Assembly (NCBI RefSeq): GCF_004010195.1
Contig: NC_057713.1
Span: 136,128,911-136,192,910 of the forward strand
DNA length: 64,000 bases
From: Chiloscyllium plagiosum
Lineage: Eukaryota
Reading direction: 5' to 3'
Shown here: positions 1 to 12,172 of the stretch, in pieces
Numbering within the stretch: position 1 is the first letter of the stretch
How the letters are laid out: each line of letters starts with the position of its first letter
Notes under the pieces: generated by a model
What the model saw: only the letters and a program-made list of their open reading frames with translations
Databases searched by the model: none
Told to the model about the DNA's origin: nothing
Made by a program: the position numbers and the translations under genes

Positions 1-300
1 GAACCAGAGGAGACAGCTTAAAAATACGGGGTAGACCATTTAGGACAGAGATGGGGAGAAACTTCTTCACCCAGAGAGTGATGGCTGTGTGGATGCTCTG
101 CCCCAGAGGGCAGTGGAGGCCCAGTCTCTGGATTCATTTAAGAAAGAGTTGGATAGAGCTCTCAAGGATAGTGGAATCAAGGGTTATGGAGATAAGGCAG
201 GAACAGGATACTGATTAAGGATGATCAGCCATGATCATATTGAATTTTGGTGCAGGCTCGAAGGGCAGAATGGCCTACTCCTGCACCTATCTTCTATTGA
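1..300 (+). mobile_element. CR1/HER1-type LINE 3' end
   Basis: RTRGxSLKIRGRPFRTEM..FFTQRV ORF2 C-terminus followed by the typical 3'UTR ending cctactcctgcacctat. Confidence 0.85.
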
Positions 301-944
301 CTTGCAGCTAACTCAGCTCCTGTCTCTTCCTTCACCGTAAAGCAGGTCTCAGGGCTGCTGTAAGGCCTGGGCCCAGTTGATCTCATTTATTCTCCCCTCC
401 CCCCTTTATGTTCTCTTCAAACCCCTCACTGAGCGAAACCACAAAGTCGGCAACAAGCAGCAAGCACAAAGGACACACACTAAAACATTGCATAGTGTCT
501 CCATGGCAAATGTCAATGAAAGTGAGCTGAAACAGCAAGGGCTGATGAGCTGAACCTCAGGTGTAGGGGGCTTGATGCTCAGGGAATTATTTTTTACTGT
601 TTACTGGGAGATCGATCTTATATGAAGGCTATGTTGGCTGCTATTTTCACATTCAGATCTTTGTCAAGAGCAATTTCTATCAGTATCTTTTTTCAATTAT
701 GTTGAAACAGGCCTCCAAACCTACTATCCTGCCATTTGATCACAATTGTTGCTGGTCTCCTTTTGTTCTCTATTTTCTTCCACAAAGATTCAGCATTCTT
801 CACAGGAAGTTTCTCGATTAACATCACTGGTTAATAATTATTGTGGTTTTCTGCCAGGTCAATGCAATGAGATTGGCCTTATTAGCAACCTCGTAAGTAG
901 AGCTTGACCCAATTGTTCACCGTGCAAGAATAATGCTAAAATTA

Positions 945-1157
945 AAGTCACCATAATCTTACAGACCATTGGGCTGCACTCATTAGAGAAAGAGATGACT
1001 TGTGGTGGTTTAACCTGAGGGTCACCATGCATCAGGTAGAGGAGAGTTTGAGAGGTAGAATCCTGTATGGTAACCTCAGTTGGTGCATCAATTGAACACA
1101 TGCTGTTGGTGTCATTCTGCATTACAAACCAGCCATCCAGTCAACTGAGCTAAACCA
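945..1157 (-). mobile_element. tRNA-derived SINE (same family as 46012-46363)
   Basis: Shares ggtggtttaacctgaggg.caccat..tcagg and a tRNA-like head (agctcagttg...ggttcaatt on the minus strand) with the copy at 46012-46363. Confidence 0.65.
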
Positions 1158-3361
1158 GCAAAGTTTTTTGTAGTAGCATCAAGCAGGAGGCCTGGATACA
1201 AGTCCCGCCTGCGCCAGAGGTGAGCAATAACGTCTCTAAACAGGTTGATTGGAAAATATATCACAACTAGGGTGATTTGATGATCAAGTTAAAAAAAACA
1301 TTCAATTGTATGTATGTGCACTGCTGGATATAAAATTAAAAAAGCAACTAGAGTGGTGTTTGCTGCGAACAGGCTGCTGCCATAAAACCAAAAAGATACT
1401 CTGCTTATCACACAAGTAGTCACGTCGTCTCTGAATTTCAGTGCCAAGTGACATTAGATACACATAGGTCATACGTCCCAAAGACAGGCAACAGACCATG
1501 TTAACAGCAGGTTCTCTCAGCTGCTCACAACAGGAAAGATACTGACTGCTCCCAATCAGCCACACTTGGGCATGGTCACAACAGTCTCCAACATTTGATT
1601 TGATTCAGTGATTAGACAACATTTGCTAAGTAATACTCAAAAATTTCACTGGTAACTATTCCAACCAAAGGATTGTCAGTCAGGCTAATGGTGTAGTATG
1701 TCAGTCTGCACTGGAAGCTATAGATATTAATAACATTTAAACCAAGCTTGACAATCAACTTCTAATCATTAACTGGATCATGGCAACAGCTCTACCAATG
1801 AAAATCCACCTGTCAACCAAGCAATCAGAATTCTTCTCAGTTTAAAAAAAGCGATTTCCCTTTACATGAACTTTTTTGTGAATTGTGATCGACTGCAAGA
1901 CTTTTGACACCTTATTCTTCAGCAATATTCCAGTCCAGTAATATCAAACTATTTAAAATACATAAAAGTAAATAAAATGAAACTTCACTCCCAGTATTGC
2001 AGTCAACATCAGAAAACCCTAAGTACTTTGAAATTATTCATCACTTGCCCTCAGTTGATGCAGTTAAAGCTTCCTAAAAATCTAAAGGACAAGAGAATGT
2101 GACTGACTTTAAATGTAAAAAGATCCTAAATTGAGAGAGCTGTATCAAAGAGCTAACTCATTAATTCAAATCAGAACCAATACCTGAGTGTTATTATTTA
2201 AAAGACAAAATCCTAATAATGATGAAAAAGAGATCACCTCAAACCATTCAAACTGAAATGTCACTCATTCATCAGGTGACAGTTCCACCTGAGTGCTAAA
2301 ATGAAATGTCTGTGTGTGGCTTATGAAATTCCAACGGCAGGCAACTTACATATTAGGAGAAAACATGTTTGAATGCTAACATTCTTTTAAAATCTGCAGT
2401 AAAGATGTGGTTAGGTTTGGCCAAACATATTAATCATGTCAGCCCCAACCATGAAATAAACTTGCACCTTTAATTTTGACAGCAGCTTTCAAAACACAAT
2501 TTAGCAAGGTCTTAATAATTTAGGTAGGGGTCCTAAACAATCTCTAAGTGGGAAATCAGTATCTTTTAATAATTGGGAATTTTCGACAACATTTTGAGGA
2601 AGTATCATTGTGCAAATTACTGCAAAAATGGTAGTAGAAAAGTTAGTTAAGAAAACAAAAAAACAAAAGCCCAGATCAAACTTCTAAAAACTCACCAAAG
2701 TACACATTGATCAAAAAGCATTTAAAAAGTGCTCAGAATTGAAAACTAGTGCAGATATAAAAGGCCAAAGTTCAGAAATATACCACTGGAAACAAGCACT
2801 GTTACTAGTCTCTGGTGACCTATTAAAATTAAGTTTCACTGGACCGTGTCAAATCAAAAAGAAACTCAATGATGTGAATTAGAAGGCCAGTACTGCAGAC
2901 AAGAGGGAAAACATCAGGAACTGTGTCATGTTAAAGCAATACAAAGACGAGGAGGATAGCCAGGAGGAAAGTGTATTTACAATGGCGAAAGCAGGGAGTG
3001 AAATAAAGATCACAATAATTCAAAATTGATGAGAAATTGAAAATTCAAAAGACAATCATCCAGTAGATTGGCTAATATGGATGGAAATTGGATGAAAAAT
3101 TGGATGGAATATTATGCTCTCTCCCAGAAAGCTATGGAAGTGACTTACAAAAACTACCACAGGCTCATGTCAATTCGTGAAAATAGGTCAGGGAAAACAT
3201 CTTCGGTTATACGTAATGCTAATGCAGGGGATGCCTCACTAATTAACCAACACCCTGAGGGATTCAACCCTAAGAGGTTCATCAAAGTGAGAAGCGATCA
3301 GGTTTATGATGGACAATAACATTACAGAACAGAGCTACAGTATCCTTAGCTTGCCCATTGT

Positions 3362-3929
3362 TCAAAGTTTGGATAAAGATTTGTAGCTCGGGTGCTCGTT
3401 GTTGTGGTTCTGTTCGCCGAGCTGGAAATTTTTGTTGCAAACGTTTCGTCCCCTGTCTAGGTGACATCCTCAGTGCTTGGGAGCCTCCTGTGAAGCGCTT
3501 CTGTGGTGTTTCCTCCGGCATTTATAGTGGCCTGCCCCTGCCGCTTCCGGTTGTCAGTTTCAGCTGTCCGCTGTAGTGGCCGGTATATTGGGTCCAGGTC
3601 GATGTGTTTGTTGATGGAATTTGTGGATGAGTGCCATGCTTCTAGGAATTCCCTGGCTGTTCTTTGTTTGGCTTGCCCTATAATGGTAGTGTTGTCCCAG
3701 TTGAATTCAGGTTGCTTGTCGTCTGCGTGTGTGGCTACTAAGGATAGCTGGTCGTGGCGTTTCGTGGCTAGTTGATGTTCATGGATACGGATCGTTAGCT
3801 GTCTTCCTGTTTGTCCTATATAGTGTTTTGTGTAGTCTTTGCATGGTATTTTGTACACTACATTAGTTTTGCTTATGCTGGGTATCGGGTCCTTCGTTCT
3901 GGTGAGTTGTTGTCTGAGAGTGGCTGTTG
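3362..3929 (-). mobile_element. 5'-truncated Penelope-like element (GIY-YIG endonuclease C-terminus and 3' end)
   Basis: ORF (VV)YKIPCKDYTKHYIGQTGRQLTIRIHEH...AREFLEAWHS..SINKH. Flanked by an 11-bp TSD TTGCCCATTGT (3351-3361, 3930-3940); removing the insert restores the Gypsy RT frame. Confidence 0.92.
3437..3476 (-). ncRNA. Minimal type-I hammerhead ribozyme motif at the PLE 3' end
   Basis: GCA-CUGAGGA-U-GUCACCU(AGAC)AGGGGAC-GAAAC-GUU-UGC: stem I GCA/UGC, intact core boxes, stem II with one mismatch, palindromic AAACGUUU at stem III. Confidence 0.8.
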
Positions 3930-4300
3930 TTGCCCATTGTGATGGTGCTGAAACCAGGTAGATAACAAAAGACTTTTTTGTAGATCATTACAAAGTCAAC
4001 ATGGCAACAAAGGGAGATTTAAACCCAACTTCATAAATGGAGGACTGTATTGAAAAGTGGACAAGCAGAGTTCATTGCAAAAGTTGACTTGTTCATAGGA
4101 TATTAGCAGGTTCCATTGACTAATACAGTTCAAGAAATATCAGCTTAATAGTGGATGATCTTTATTAACAAAGTCATGTCATTCGGAATGAAAACTACAC
4201 CAGCAACATTTCAACGAATAACTAAACGGATCATTGGAGTTTCACGCAACTGCATTGTGGGGATGACTTGGCTCCACTCAGCCAAACTTGGAGGAACTTG

Positions 4301-4638
4301 TGGGCGGCACGGTGGCATAGTGGGCGGCACGGTGGCACAGTGGTTAGCACTGCTGTCTCACAGCGCCAGAGACCCGGGTTCAATTCCCGACTCAGGCGAC
4401 TGACTGTGTGGAGTTTGCACATTCTCCCCGTGTCTGCGTGGGTTTCCTCCGGGTGCTCCGGTTTCCTCCCACAGTCACAAAGATGTGCGGGTCAGGTGAA
4501 TTGGCCATGCTAAAGTGCCCGTAGTGTTAGGTTAAAGGTAAATGTAGGGGTATGGGTGGGTTGCGCTTCGGCGGGTCGGTGTGGGCTTATTGGGCCGACG
4601 GGCCTGTTTCCACACTGTCAATAATCTAATCTAATCTA
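4301..4638 (+). mobile_element. HE1-type V-SINE with tandem-duplicated 20-nt 5' end
   Basis: GGGCGGCACGGTGGCACAGTGGTTAGCAC A box, GGTTCAATTCC B box, V-domain GGTTTCCTCCGGGTGCTCCGGTTTCCTCCCAC, (AATCT)n tail. Confidence 0.92.
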
Positions 4639-5908
4639 GAACATTTATAATACTTCAGCCAACTGTCTGACTGGCTACAAAGACTCAAATTGGTCACACA
4701 TTTAGATAAAGGTAGTGTCAAACTCAAAGTGACTCATCTGGGTCATATTGTGGGGTAAGACCAAGAAGAAACAAAGGTAAGCAGTATCTTGGAGTTTCTT
4801 ATGTCTGAGGCCAAATCAAAATGTTTTGTCGGAGTGAATTTCATCCCAAGGTTGTTCCAAATTATAATCACTCCTTTGACAAGGATGGCAAAAACTCTGA
4901 ATCAATAAAACAAAGTCTGGGTGCCTCTGACAGTCTGCAAGCTGCAGCGACTTCCACACTGGCTTTAGTAGCAGCAGCAGCAAATAATGATATCCCACTT
5001 AAACTAACACTGTTGTCAGTGATTATGTAACTGTAGCGTTGACTTGACATCAGTGTAGCTTTGTCAAAGAAGGATAAGAATAATGTTGTTACTATCAAAA
5101 TGAAATATCAAATAGGTACAGTAATGAGGAAAACTGTAAAAGAATAAAGTGCCTCTTGATAATAGTTCTCAATTTAGTTTCTACAGAGAGTTGAGAATTA
5201 AGTTCGTGAGAAGTTATTATTTTGAAATATGGCTTCTATAGACCACAGAACTTAAAGTTTGATTTACATTCCTACATAGTACAAGCTAAAAAGGGGGGAA
5301 AAGTTTCATTTTGGAGTTCTATGCATGATGGAGTGACCTCAAGACGTGTTTACATGGATAAAAATTAGGCCTTTAAAAATCCTGAGGGGTGAATAATTCA
5401 GTTTATTAGAAAAAAAAGGGGAAAGAAATGTTGCAATTGCCTAATAAAACAGTACTGTATTTAACAAGGAGGTGCAGATAGTTTTAGTTTAGAAAGATAG
5501 AACCATTCAGATGGCGAGTGAGGATGCAGGTTCTTTCCAAGAAAAGCAGGTCACATGGGGAGAAAAAAAAACTCTTGTCACAGCAACAGTCCAGTTTAGT
5601 CGCATCCAGCCCAAAGCTGGAGAAAAACAGTTTAATGTCAGCAAGAGAAAGCCCCAGAAGCAGAAGGCTGTGAAGAGTTTAAGGAATTCATGTTTAAAAA
5701 ATAAAAGGAGCTGTGTTAGTAGTTTATGGATTTCATGAAGATATTAAAGCTAGCACCAAGTGAATGCAGAAAGAGATTGCTGGAAAGAAACAAAGGATAG
5801 CTGTGCCAACTGAAAAAGGAAGTTTGAAGTAGAGTCACAGTGACACTTCACTGAGGTCCTCAGGGTTTAGAAGGTCGTTGTTGAAAGCAAAAGAATAGAA
5901 TATTCTTT

Positions 5909-6218
5909 GGGGCGGCACGGTGGCACAGTGGTTAGCACTGCTGCCTCACAGCGCCAGAGACCCGGGTTCAATTCCCGACTCGGGCGACTGACTGTGTGGA
6001 GTTTGCACATTCTCCCCATGTCTGCGTGGGTTTCCTCCGGGTGCTCCGGTTTCCCCCCACAGTCCAAAGATGTGCAGGTCAGGTGAATTGGCCATGCTAC
6101 ATTGCCCGTAGTGTTAGGTAAAAGGGGTAAATGTAGGGGAATGGGTGGGTTGCGCTTCGGCGGGTCGGTGTGGACTTGTTGGGCCGAAGGGCCTGTTTCC
6201 ACACTGTAAGTAATCTAA
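5909..6218 (+). mobile_element. HE1-type V-SINE
   Basis: Near-identical to the other HE1 copies: A/B boxes, V-domain, taatct tail. Confidence 0.92.
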
Positions 6219-7089
6219 TATTTTTGATATTTGCAATAAAGCCCTATCAACCAGTTTTTGTTGAGTGCAAAAACAGATTGCCTTTTCTTCTTGTGCACAA
6301 TCTTTAGTATTCTTTCGTTAAAAATGTACTGGCAGTGCTGGCTTTAAACTGTAGTCTTGCAGCCACTCCAAGGTTGGTCAGAGATTCCTTCAAGATTCTG
6401 TGATTATGACTGGTATCACGGACATACTGAAGCATTGATACCTGGTTTCAGAAGTCTCTGCTGTGCACAAATCTCAGAGGTCCACGTACTAAAAAAGGTT
6501 TAGACCAAGTATTGATTGGCAGCTTCAGTGACTGCCTGCCATGGTAACAAAACTTCAAAATAAAACTTCTGGTCTATCAAGGCAGGTTTCATTCAGGGAT
6601 CTCACATGCCAGCACTCCCAGCAAACTTGGTTTTAACCAGCACTTTATGAACAGGCAAAAATTATACTGCCAAATTTACTGTACTAGTCTAATTACATTT
6701 TTTAATTTATTTACCTCAATGTAAACAGATTTGTTGTTCAATCCAATAGCCACACAAAACATCAACAGTCGATTCAATTTTGAGTCAATTTCTTCTCAAA
6801 TACAGCGATCTACCGTGATGATCGAGTCGGCAGCTGAGGGGGCAAGTGAGGATGCTCTCTGCCAGTAAGCTTTAAGCAAAGTTGCAGTATTTTTTTAAGT
6901 GACGTGTGCTGTAAATAAAGGACAACAATGTGTATACCCCCTGTATTAAATTTCTATTACCTACTGTGTTCTTACATTGATTATTTAGACCTCTTGATTA
7001 TCTGGAATATTTGATCAATTAGCATGCTCCTGGTCCCATAAGTGCCAGTTAATACAAAGTTTGCTGCATAACATTAGTTTTTTTTAAAA

Positions 7090-7690
7090 ACCTGATACTG
7101 AGAGATATATGGACCAAGACACTCAAATACTTCTGTACAGCAATGTTCTACAATCTCTCTCCATTCAAATAAATACTTGTTAAAATTCTTCGAGAAGCAG
7201 GAATGTTCACTCAAAGTGAACAAGTTCACAATTTTCCATAAGGTGGCCTATTTGCCAAATTTGTGCCCATTAACAACCTATCCACATCCCATTGCAGACT
7301 CATGTCCTCTTTGCAACTTATTCTCCTACATATCATTATCATTGGCAAATTTCGTTATAATATATTCAGCTCCTTCATCCAAGGCATTGATTTCAGTTGT
7401 ATCTAGTCGAGGCTTCAAGAGTAATCCTCATGGCATCTTGTCATGCAAAAAAAAAATCAACCATTTATACCTCCTGTCCACTTCCAGTGAGCTAATCAAT
7501 ACTCTGCCTATGATCGCACATTACTCCCTACATGGCTGTCTCTTATTTTGTGAAGTAGTCTTTAGTGTGGTGGCTAGTCAAATGCCTTCTACAAATCTAA
7601 TCAAACCTACAGCCCCCCTTCAACCAAGCTGCTTGTGACATTGTTGACTAATAAATTAGTCAAAACTCTATTTTACTTCATAAAGCTATA
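7090..7690 (-). mobile_element. Old degenerate CR1 LINE RT fragment
   Basis: Decayed reverse-complement RT motifs (tcaaatgcctt..aaatc = DFxKAFD; ttcactc..aagtg = HFG). Confidence 0.6.
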
Positions 7691-7712
7691 TTGACTCAAA
7701 GCTATATTGACA

Positions 7713-8165
7713 TTCCTTCCTATTGGAGGAATGTTGTGAAATTTGAAAGGGTTCAGAAAGGATTTACAAGGATGTTGGCAGGGTTGAAGGGTTTGAGCTA
7801 CAGGGAGAGGCTGAATAGGTTGGGGCTATTTTCCCTGGAGAATAGGAAGCTGAGGGGTGCCATTATAGAGGTTTATAAAATCATGAGGGGAAAGGGATTG
7901 AGCACATAGAAAAGGTCTTTTCCAGGGTAAGGGGCAACTTTTTAATGCAGAGGGTGGTGCGTGTATGGATTGAGCTGTCAAAGGAAGTGGTGGAGGCTAG
8001 TACACTTACAACATTTAAAAGGCATCTTGATAGGTATACAGGAAGGGTTCAGAGGGATATGGGCTGGCAATTGGGACTTGATTAGTTCAGGATATCTGGT
8101 TAGCATGGACAAATTGGATCAAAAAGGTTCTGTTTCTGTGCTGTACATCTCTATAACTTTATGAC
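7713..8165 (+). mobile_element. CR1 LINE 3' fragment
   Basis: ERVQKGFTRMLAGLKGLSYRERLNRLGLFSLE plus the CR1 3'UTR. Confidence 0.9.
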
Positions 8166-8471
8166 AAACGTTAAGCGAAATGATTTAATGCTTCTTGGTT
8201 TTTTGTTTCCCTCCTTTCTTCAATAGAGGACTTACATTCACTATTTTTGAATCTGATGCGTCATTTCAGGAAATGTTAGAAAATTCAAACTATTAAAAAC
8301 TATTTCAGCAGCCTGGATCCCCAGAACTTTAGCAGAGTTACTGGATTAATAGTCTCACAATAATTCCATTAGGCTATCACCTCCCCTTCAGTGTAACATA
8401 ATATTTAACTTCCTTAGTTAAGCGTGGATGGCGAGTCAGTCCCCTTGAATCTTTAAGTACCATAGTCAGGG

Positions 8472-10330
8472 AAACATAGAAACATAGAAGATAGGAGCAG
8501 GAGGAGCCCTTTGAGCCTGCTCTGCCACTCTTCATGGCCATGGCTGATCAGCCAACTCTTTGGCCCAATCCTGCTTTCTCCCCATAATCTTTGATCCCAT
8601 TCATGCGATATAGAACATGGAACGTTACAGCACAGTACACACTTTGGCCCTCAATGTTGCGCTAGCCTGTGAAATTAATCTGATGCCCATCTAATCTACA
8701 CTGTTCCATTACTATCCATATGTCCATTTAAATGCCCTTAACGTCAGTGAGTCTACTACTGTTAGAAGCAGGCCATTCCATGCCCCTATCACACGGAGTA
8801 AAGAGACTACCCCCGATATCTGTCCTAAGTCTTTCACCCCTCAATTTAAAGCTATATCCCCTTGTGTTAGCCTTCACCATTTGAGGTAAAAGGCTTTCGC
8901 TGTCCACGCTATCTAATCCGATTATCTTATACGTCTCAACTAAGTCACCTCTCAACCGTCAAGGTTCCCTCAGCCTTTCCTCGTAAGACCTTCCCTCCAT
9001 ACCCGGCACCATTCTAGTAAATCTCCTCTGAACCCTTTCCAAAGGTTCCACATCCTTCCTATAATGCGGTGACCAAAACTGCATGTAATACTCCAGGTGC
9101 GGCCACACCAGTGTCTTGTACAGCTGAAGCATGACCTCGTGGCTCCGAAACTCAACCCCCCTATCAATTAATGCCAAGATGCTATATACCTTCTTAACAA
9201 CCCTATCAACCTGGGTGGCAACTTTCAGGGATTTATGCACCTGGACACAGATCTCTGTTCATCTACACTGCCAAGAATTTCACCATGACCCTAGTACTCT
9301 GCATTCCTGTTATTTCTTCCAAAGTGAACTACCGCACACTTTTCCACATTAAACTCCATTTGCCACCTCTCAGCCCAGCTCTGCATTTTATCTATGTCCC
9401 TCTGTAACCCACAACATCCTTCAGCACTATCCACAACTCTGCATCCCTTACTGTCACCCGCAAATTTACTAACCCATCCTTCTACTCCCACATCCAGGTA
9501 ATTTATAAAAATGACCAACAGCAATGGCCCCAAAACAGATCCTTGTGGTTTCACCACTGGTAACTGAGCTCCAGGATGAACATTTCCCATCAACCACCAC
9601 CCTCTGTCTTCTTTCAGCTAGCCAATTTCTGCTCCAAATCGCTAAATCACCTTCAATCCTAAAACTCCGTATTTTGTGCAATAGCCTACAGTGCGGAACC
9701 TTATCAAATGCCTTGCTGAAGTTCACATACACCACGTCAACCACCTTACCTTCATCCACCTGTTTTGTCACCTTCTCAAAGAACTCAATAAGATTAGTGA
9801 GGCGCAACCTACCCTTCACATTAGGTGTTGACTATCCCTAATCAAATGTTTCCTTTCCAGATGATTATAAAAGCTCTCTTATCATCTTTTCCAACACCTA
9901 TGGGCGGCACAGTGGTTAGCACTGCTGCCTCACAGCGCCAGAGACCCGGGTTCAATTCCCGCCTCAGGCGACTGACTGTGTGGAGCTTGCACGTTCTCCC
10001 CGTGTCTGCGTGGGTTTCCTCCGGGTGCTCCGGTTTCCTCCCACAGTCCAAAGATGTGGTCAGGTGAATTGGCCATGCTAAACTGCCCGTAGTGTTAGGT
10101 AAGGGGTAAATGTAGGGGTATGCGTGGGTTGCACTTCGGCGGGTCGGTGTGGACTTGTTGGGCCAAAGGACCTGTTTCCACACTGTCATGTAATCTAATC
10201 TAATCTAACCTCACCCACAATCGAAGTAAGGCTCACTGGCTTATAACAACCTGCATTGTCCCGAACTGTCCTCTTAACCAAGGGAGCATTTGCTATCCTC
10301 CAGTCTTCTGGCCCTACTCCAGTCGACAGA
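8472..10330 (-). mobile_element. CR1 LINE (RT to 3' end) plus adjacent short CR1 tail; interrupted by HE1 at 9901-10208
   Basis: ORF fragments [71 protein letters not shown]. Confidence 0.92.
9901..10208 (+). mobile_element. HE1-type V-SINE nested in CR1
   Basis: HE1 consensus with (AATCT)n tail; the CR1 sequence resumes after 10208. Confidence 0.92.
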
Positions 10331-10334
10331 AGTA

Positions 10335-10550
10335 TATAGCTGCCTCCTGAATACATTCAATATTTTGGCATCAACTCCAACCTGTGGTAATGAATTCCAC
10401 AGGCTCCCCACTCTTTGGGTGAAGAAATGTCTCATCTCTGTCCTAAATGGTTTACCAAAAATCCTCAGACTGTGACCCCTGGTTCTGCACACCATCTGGA
10501 ACATCCTTCCTGCATGTACCCTATCTAGTCCTGTTAGAATTTTGTAAGTC
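10335..10550 (-). mobile_element. CR1 LINE 3' fragment
   Basis: RTRGHSLRIFGKPFRTEMRHFFTQRVGSLWNSLPQ. Confidence 0.85.
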
Positions 10551-10584
10551 TTTCAAATCCCAGCCATCTTGAGATGTGCACAAT

Positions 10585-10893
10585 ACAGTGGCACAGTGGT
10601 TAGCACTGCTGCCTCACAGCGCCAGAGACCCAGGTTCAATTCCCTCCTCAGGCGACTGACTGTGTGGAGTTTGCACATTCTCCCTGTGTCTGCATGGGTT
10701 TCCTCCGGGTGCTCCGGTTTCCTCCCACAGTCCAAAGATGTGCAGGTTAGGTGAATTGGCCATGTTAAATTGCCCGTAGTGTTAGGTGCACGGGTAAATG
10801 TAGGGGAATGAGTCTGGGTGGGTTGCGCTTTGACGGGTCGGTGTGGACTTGTTGGGCCGAAGGGCCTGTTTCCACACTAAGTAATCTGACCTA
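10585..10893 (+). mobile_element. HE1-type V-SINE
   Basis: HE1 consensus, slightly 5'-truncated. Confidence 0.9.
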
Positions 10894-12059
10894 AATACTG
10901 GCATTTACAGCCACTGCCCTATTTGGCACATACTTATCAAATGCTGAAAGCGCAGAAATTAACACATATTCAAGTTTTAAACATCTTTTGTCTTTATTCA
11001 AGTAGCTAACTCTGCAGAAGCAAAATAAGTAACAAAGAATATGAAAAATGCTGTAAATAGACAATACAAATCAGATATCAATAGTTTTGCATACCCACAC
11101 AATAAATCTGATACTTTCAACTTAGAGAATTGTAGGAAGTTATAGCACAGGTGTTAAACCCCTGCCGTCTCAATGATACAAATTAGCAAGTCTGACTTCA
11201 CTGCAGCTTTACAAAGCTTTCCTTTCAGGTTCTTATCCAATGCCTTTCTGAAGGTTATGACCGAATCTTCTTGCACGACCACTTTATGCAATGCATTCTG
11301 GATCCCAACAACTCAATATTAAAAAAAGATGTTCCTCCTGTTGCTCACTGTTATTTTGCCAATTACTGAAAATATGTCTCTGGTTCTCGACTTCTGCAAA
11401 TGGGAACCGTTTCACACCGTCCAGAACACTTAAAACTGTTCTGAGTTTTCTCCAAGGAAACCAATAGAGATTCTTTGTTCGTTTTTCCCAAAGTCACTCA
11501 TTCCTGGAACTATTCTTATCAATCTTTTCTGTATCCTGTACACATACACCTGCATATATTTCCTAAAGTGTGATGTGCAGATCTCGATGGAATACTCCGA
11601 AAGAAAGCAAACCAATATCTTACAAAAGCTTCTTTGCTTCAGACTCTTGCGTCTCCTGCAAATGTTAATCAGGGCTTGATCTCAATCCAAGATTCCATCA
11701 GCAACACCACCAATGTTCATCAGGACATGCCTCTTGTCACTGTCAGCAATGCTAAGAAGATGTAGCAATCTTTATACAAATAATGCAAATCTTTCCCAAT
11801 TCCTATCTCCATGCAAGGGGAGGGATTTACCTGTACAAATCAACAAAGTGACTAAAAGATCTGATGCAATACCACTGAAACCAAGAAGTTCTCTGTAATA
11901 ACATTTAAAATTTAGTGTATTAAGACCAATGCACAAATAAAAGACATCAAAAATATGAAGGTTCAGGGTCTTTTTTGCAGACAGAATGCAAGCGTTCTGC
12001 AAAGTGGTCTACCAGATTACACTTCATTTCCCCAATGTAGATTAGACCAGACTACATTG

Positions 12060-12158
12060 GGATTTGGAAGCTCCTTGGATGCTGCCTGAACTGCTGTGCT
12101 CTTCCAGCACCACTAATCCAGAATCTGGTTTCCAGCATCTGCAGTCATTGTTTTTACC
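12060..12158 (+). mobile_element. 99-bp PLE-tail mini-element (family A, lacking the ribozyme part)
   Basis: gatgctgcctgaactgctg..ttccagca..tccagcatctgcagtc, flanked by a perfect 14-bp TSD ACCAGACTACATTG (12046-12059, 12159-12172). Confidence 0.8.
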
Positions 12159-12172
12159 ACCAGACTACATTG

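Larger units (their letters stand above)
2090..5100 (+). mobile_element. Decayed Ty3/Gypsy LTR retrotransposon pol region, Gmr1-like order (integrase upstream of RT-RNaseH), interrupted by a PLE and an HE1 SINE
   Basis: Broken-frame integrase motifs: ITAKMVVEKLVK (~2616) and GPY/F-like GDLLKLSFTGPCQIKKKLNDVN (2814-2882). RT motifs follow: DASLINQHP, LPIVMVLKP, MEDCIEK, KVMSFGMKTTPATFQR, VTHLGHIVG. Confidence 0.8.

Noticed and set aside
4322-4395. tRNA-like sequences at HE1 and other SINE heads
   Set aside because: These are SINE pol III heads continuing into the V-domain and LINE-derived tail, not tRNA genes.
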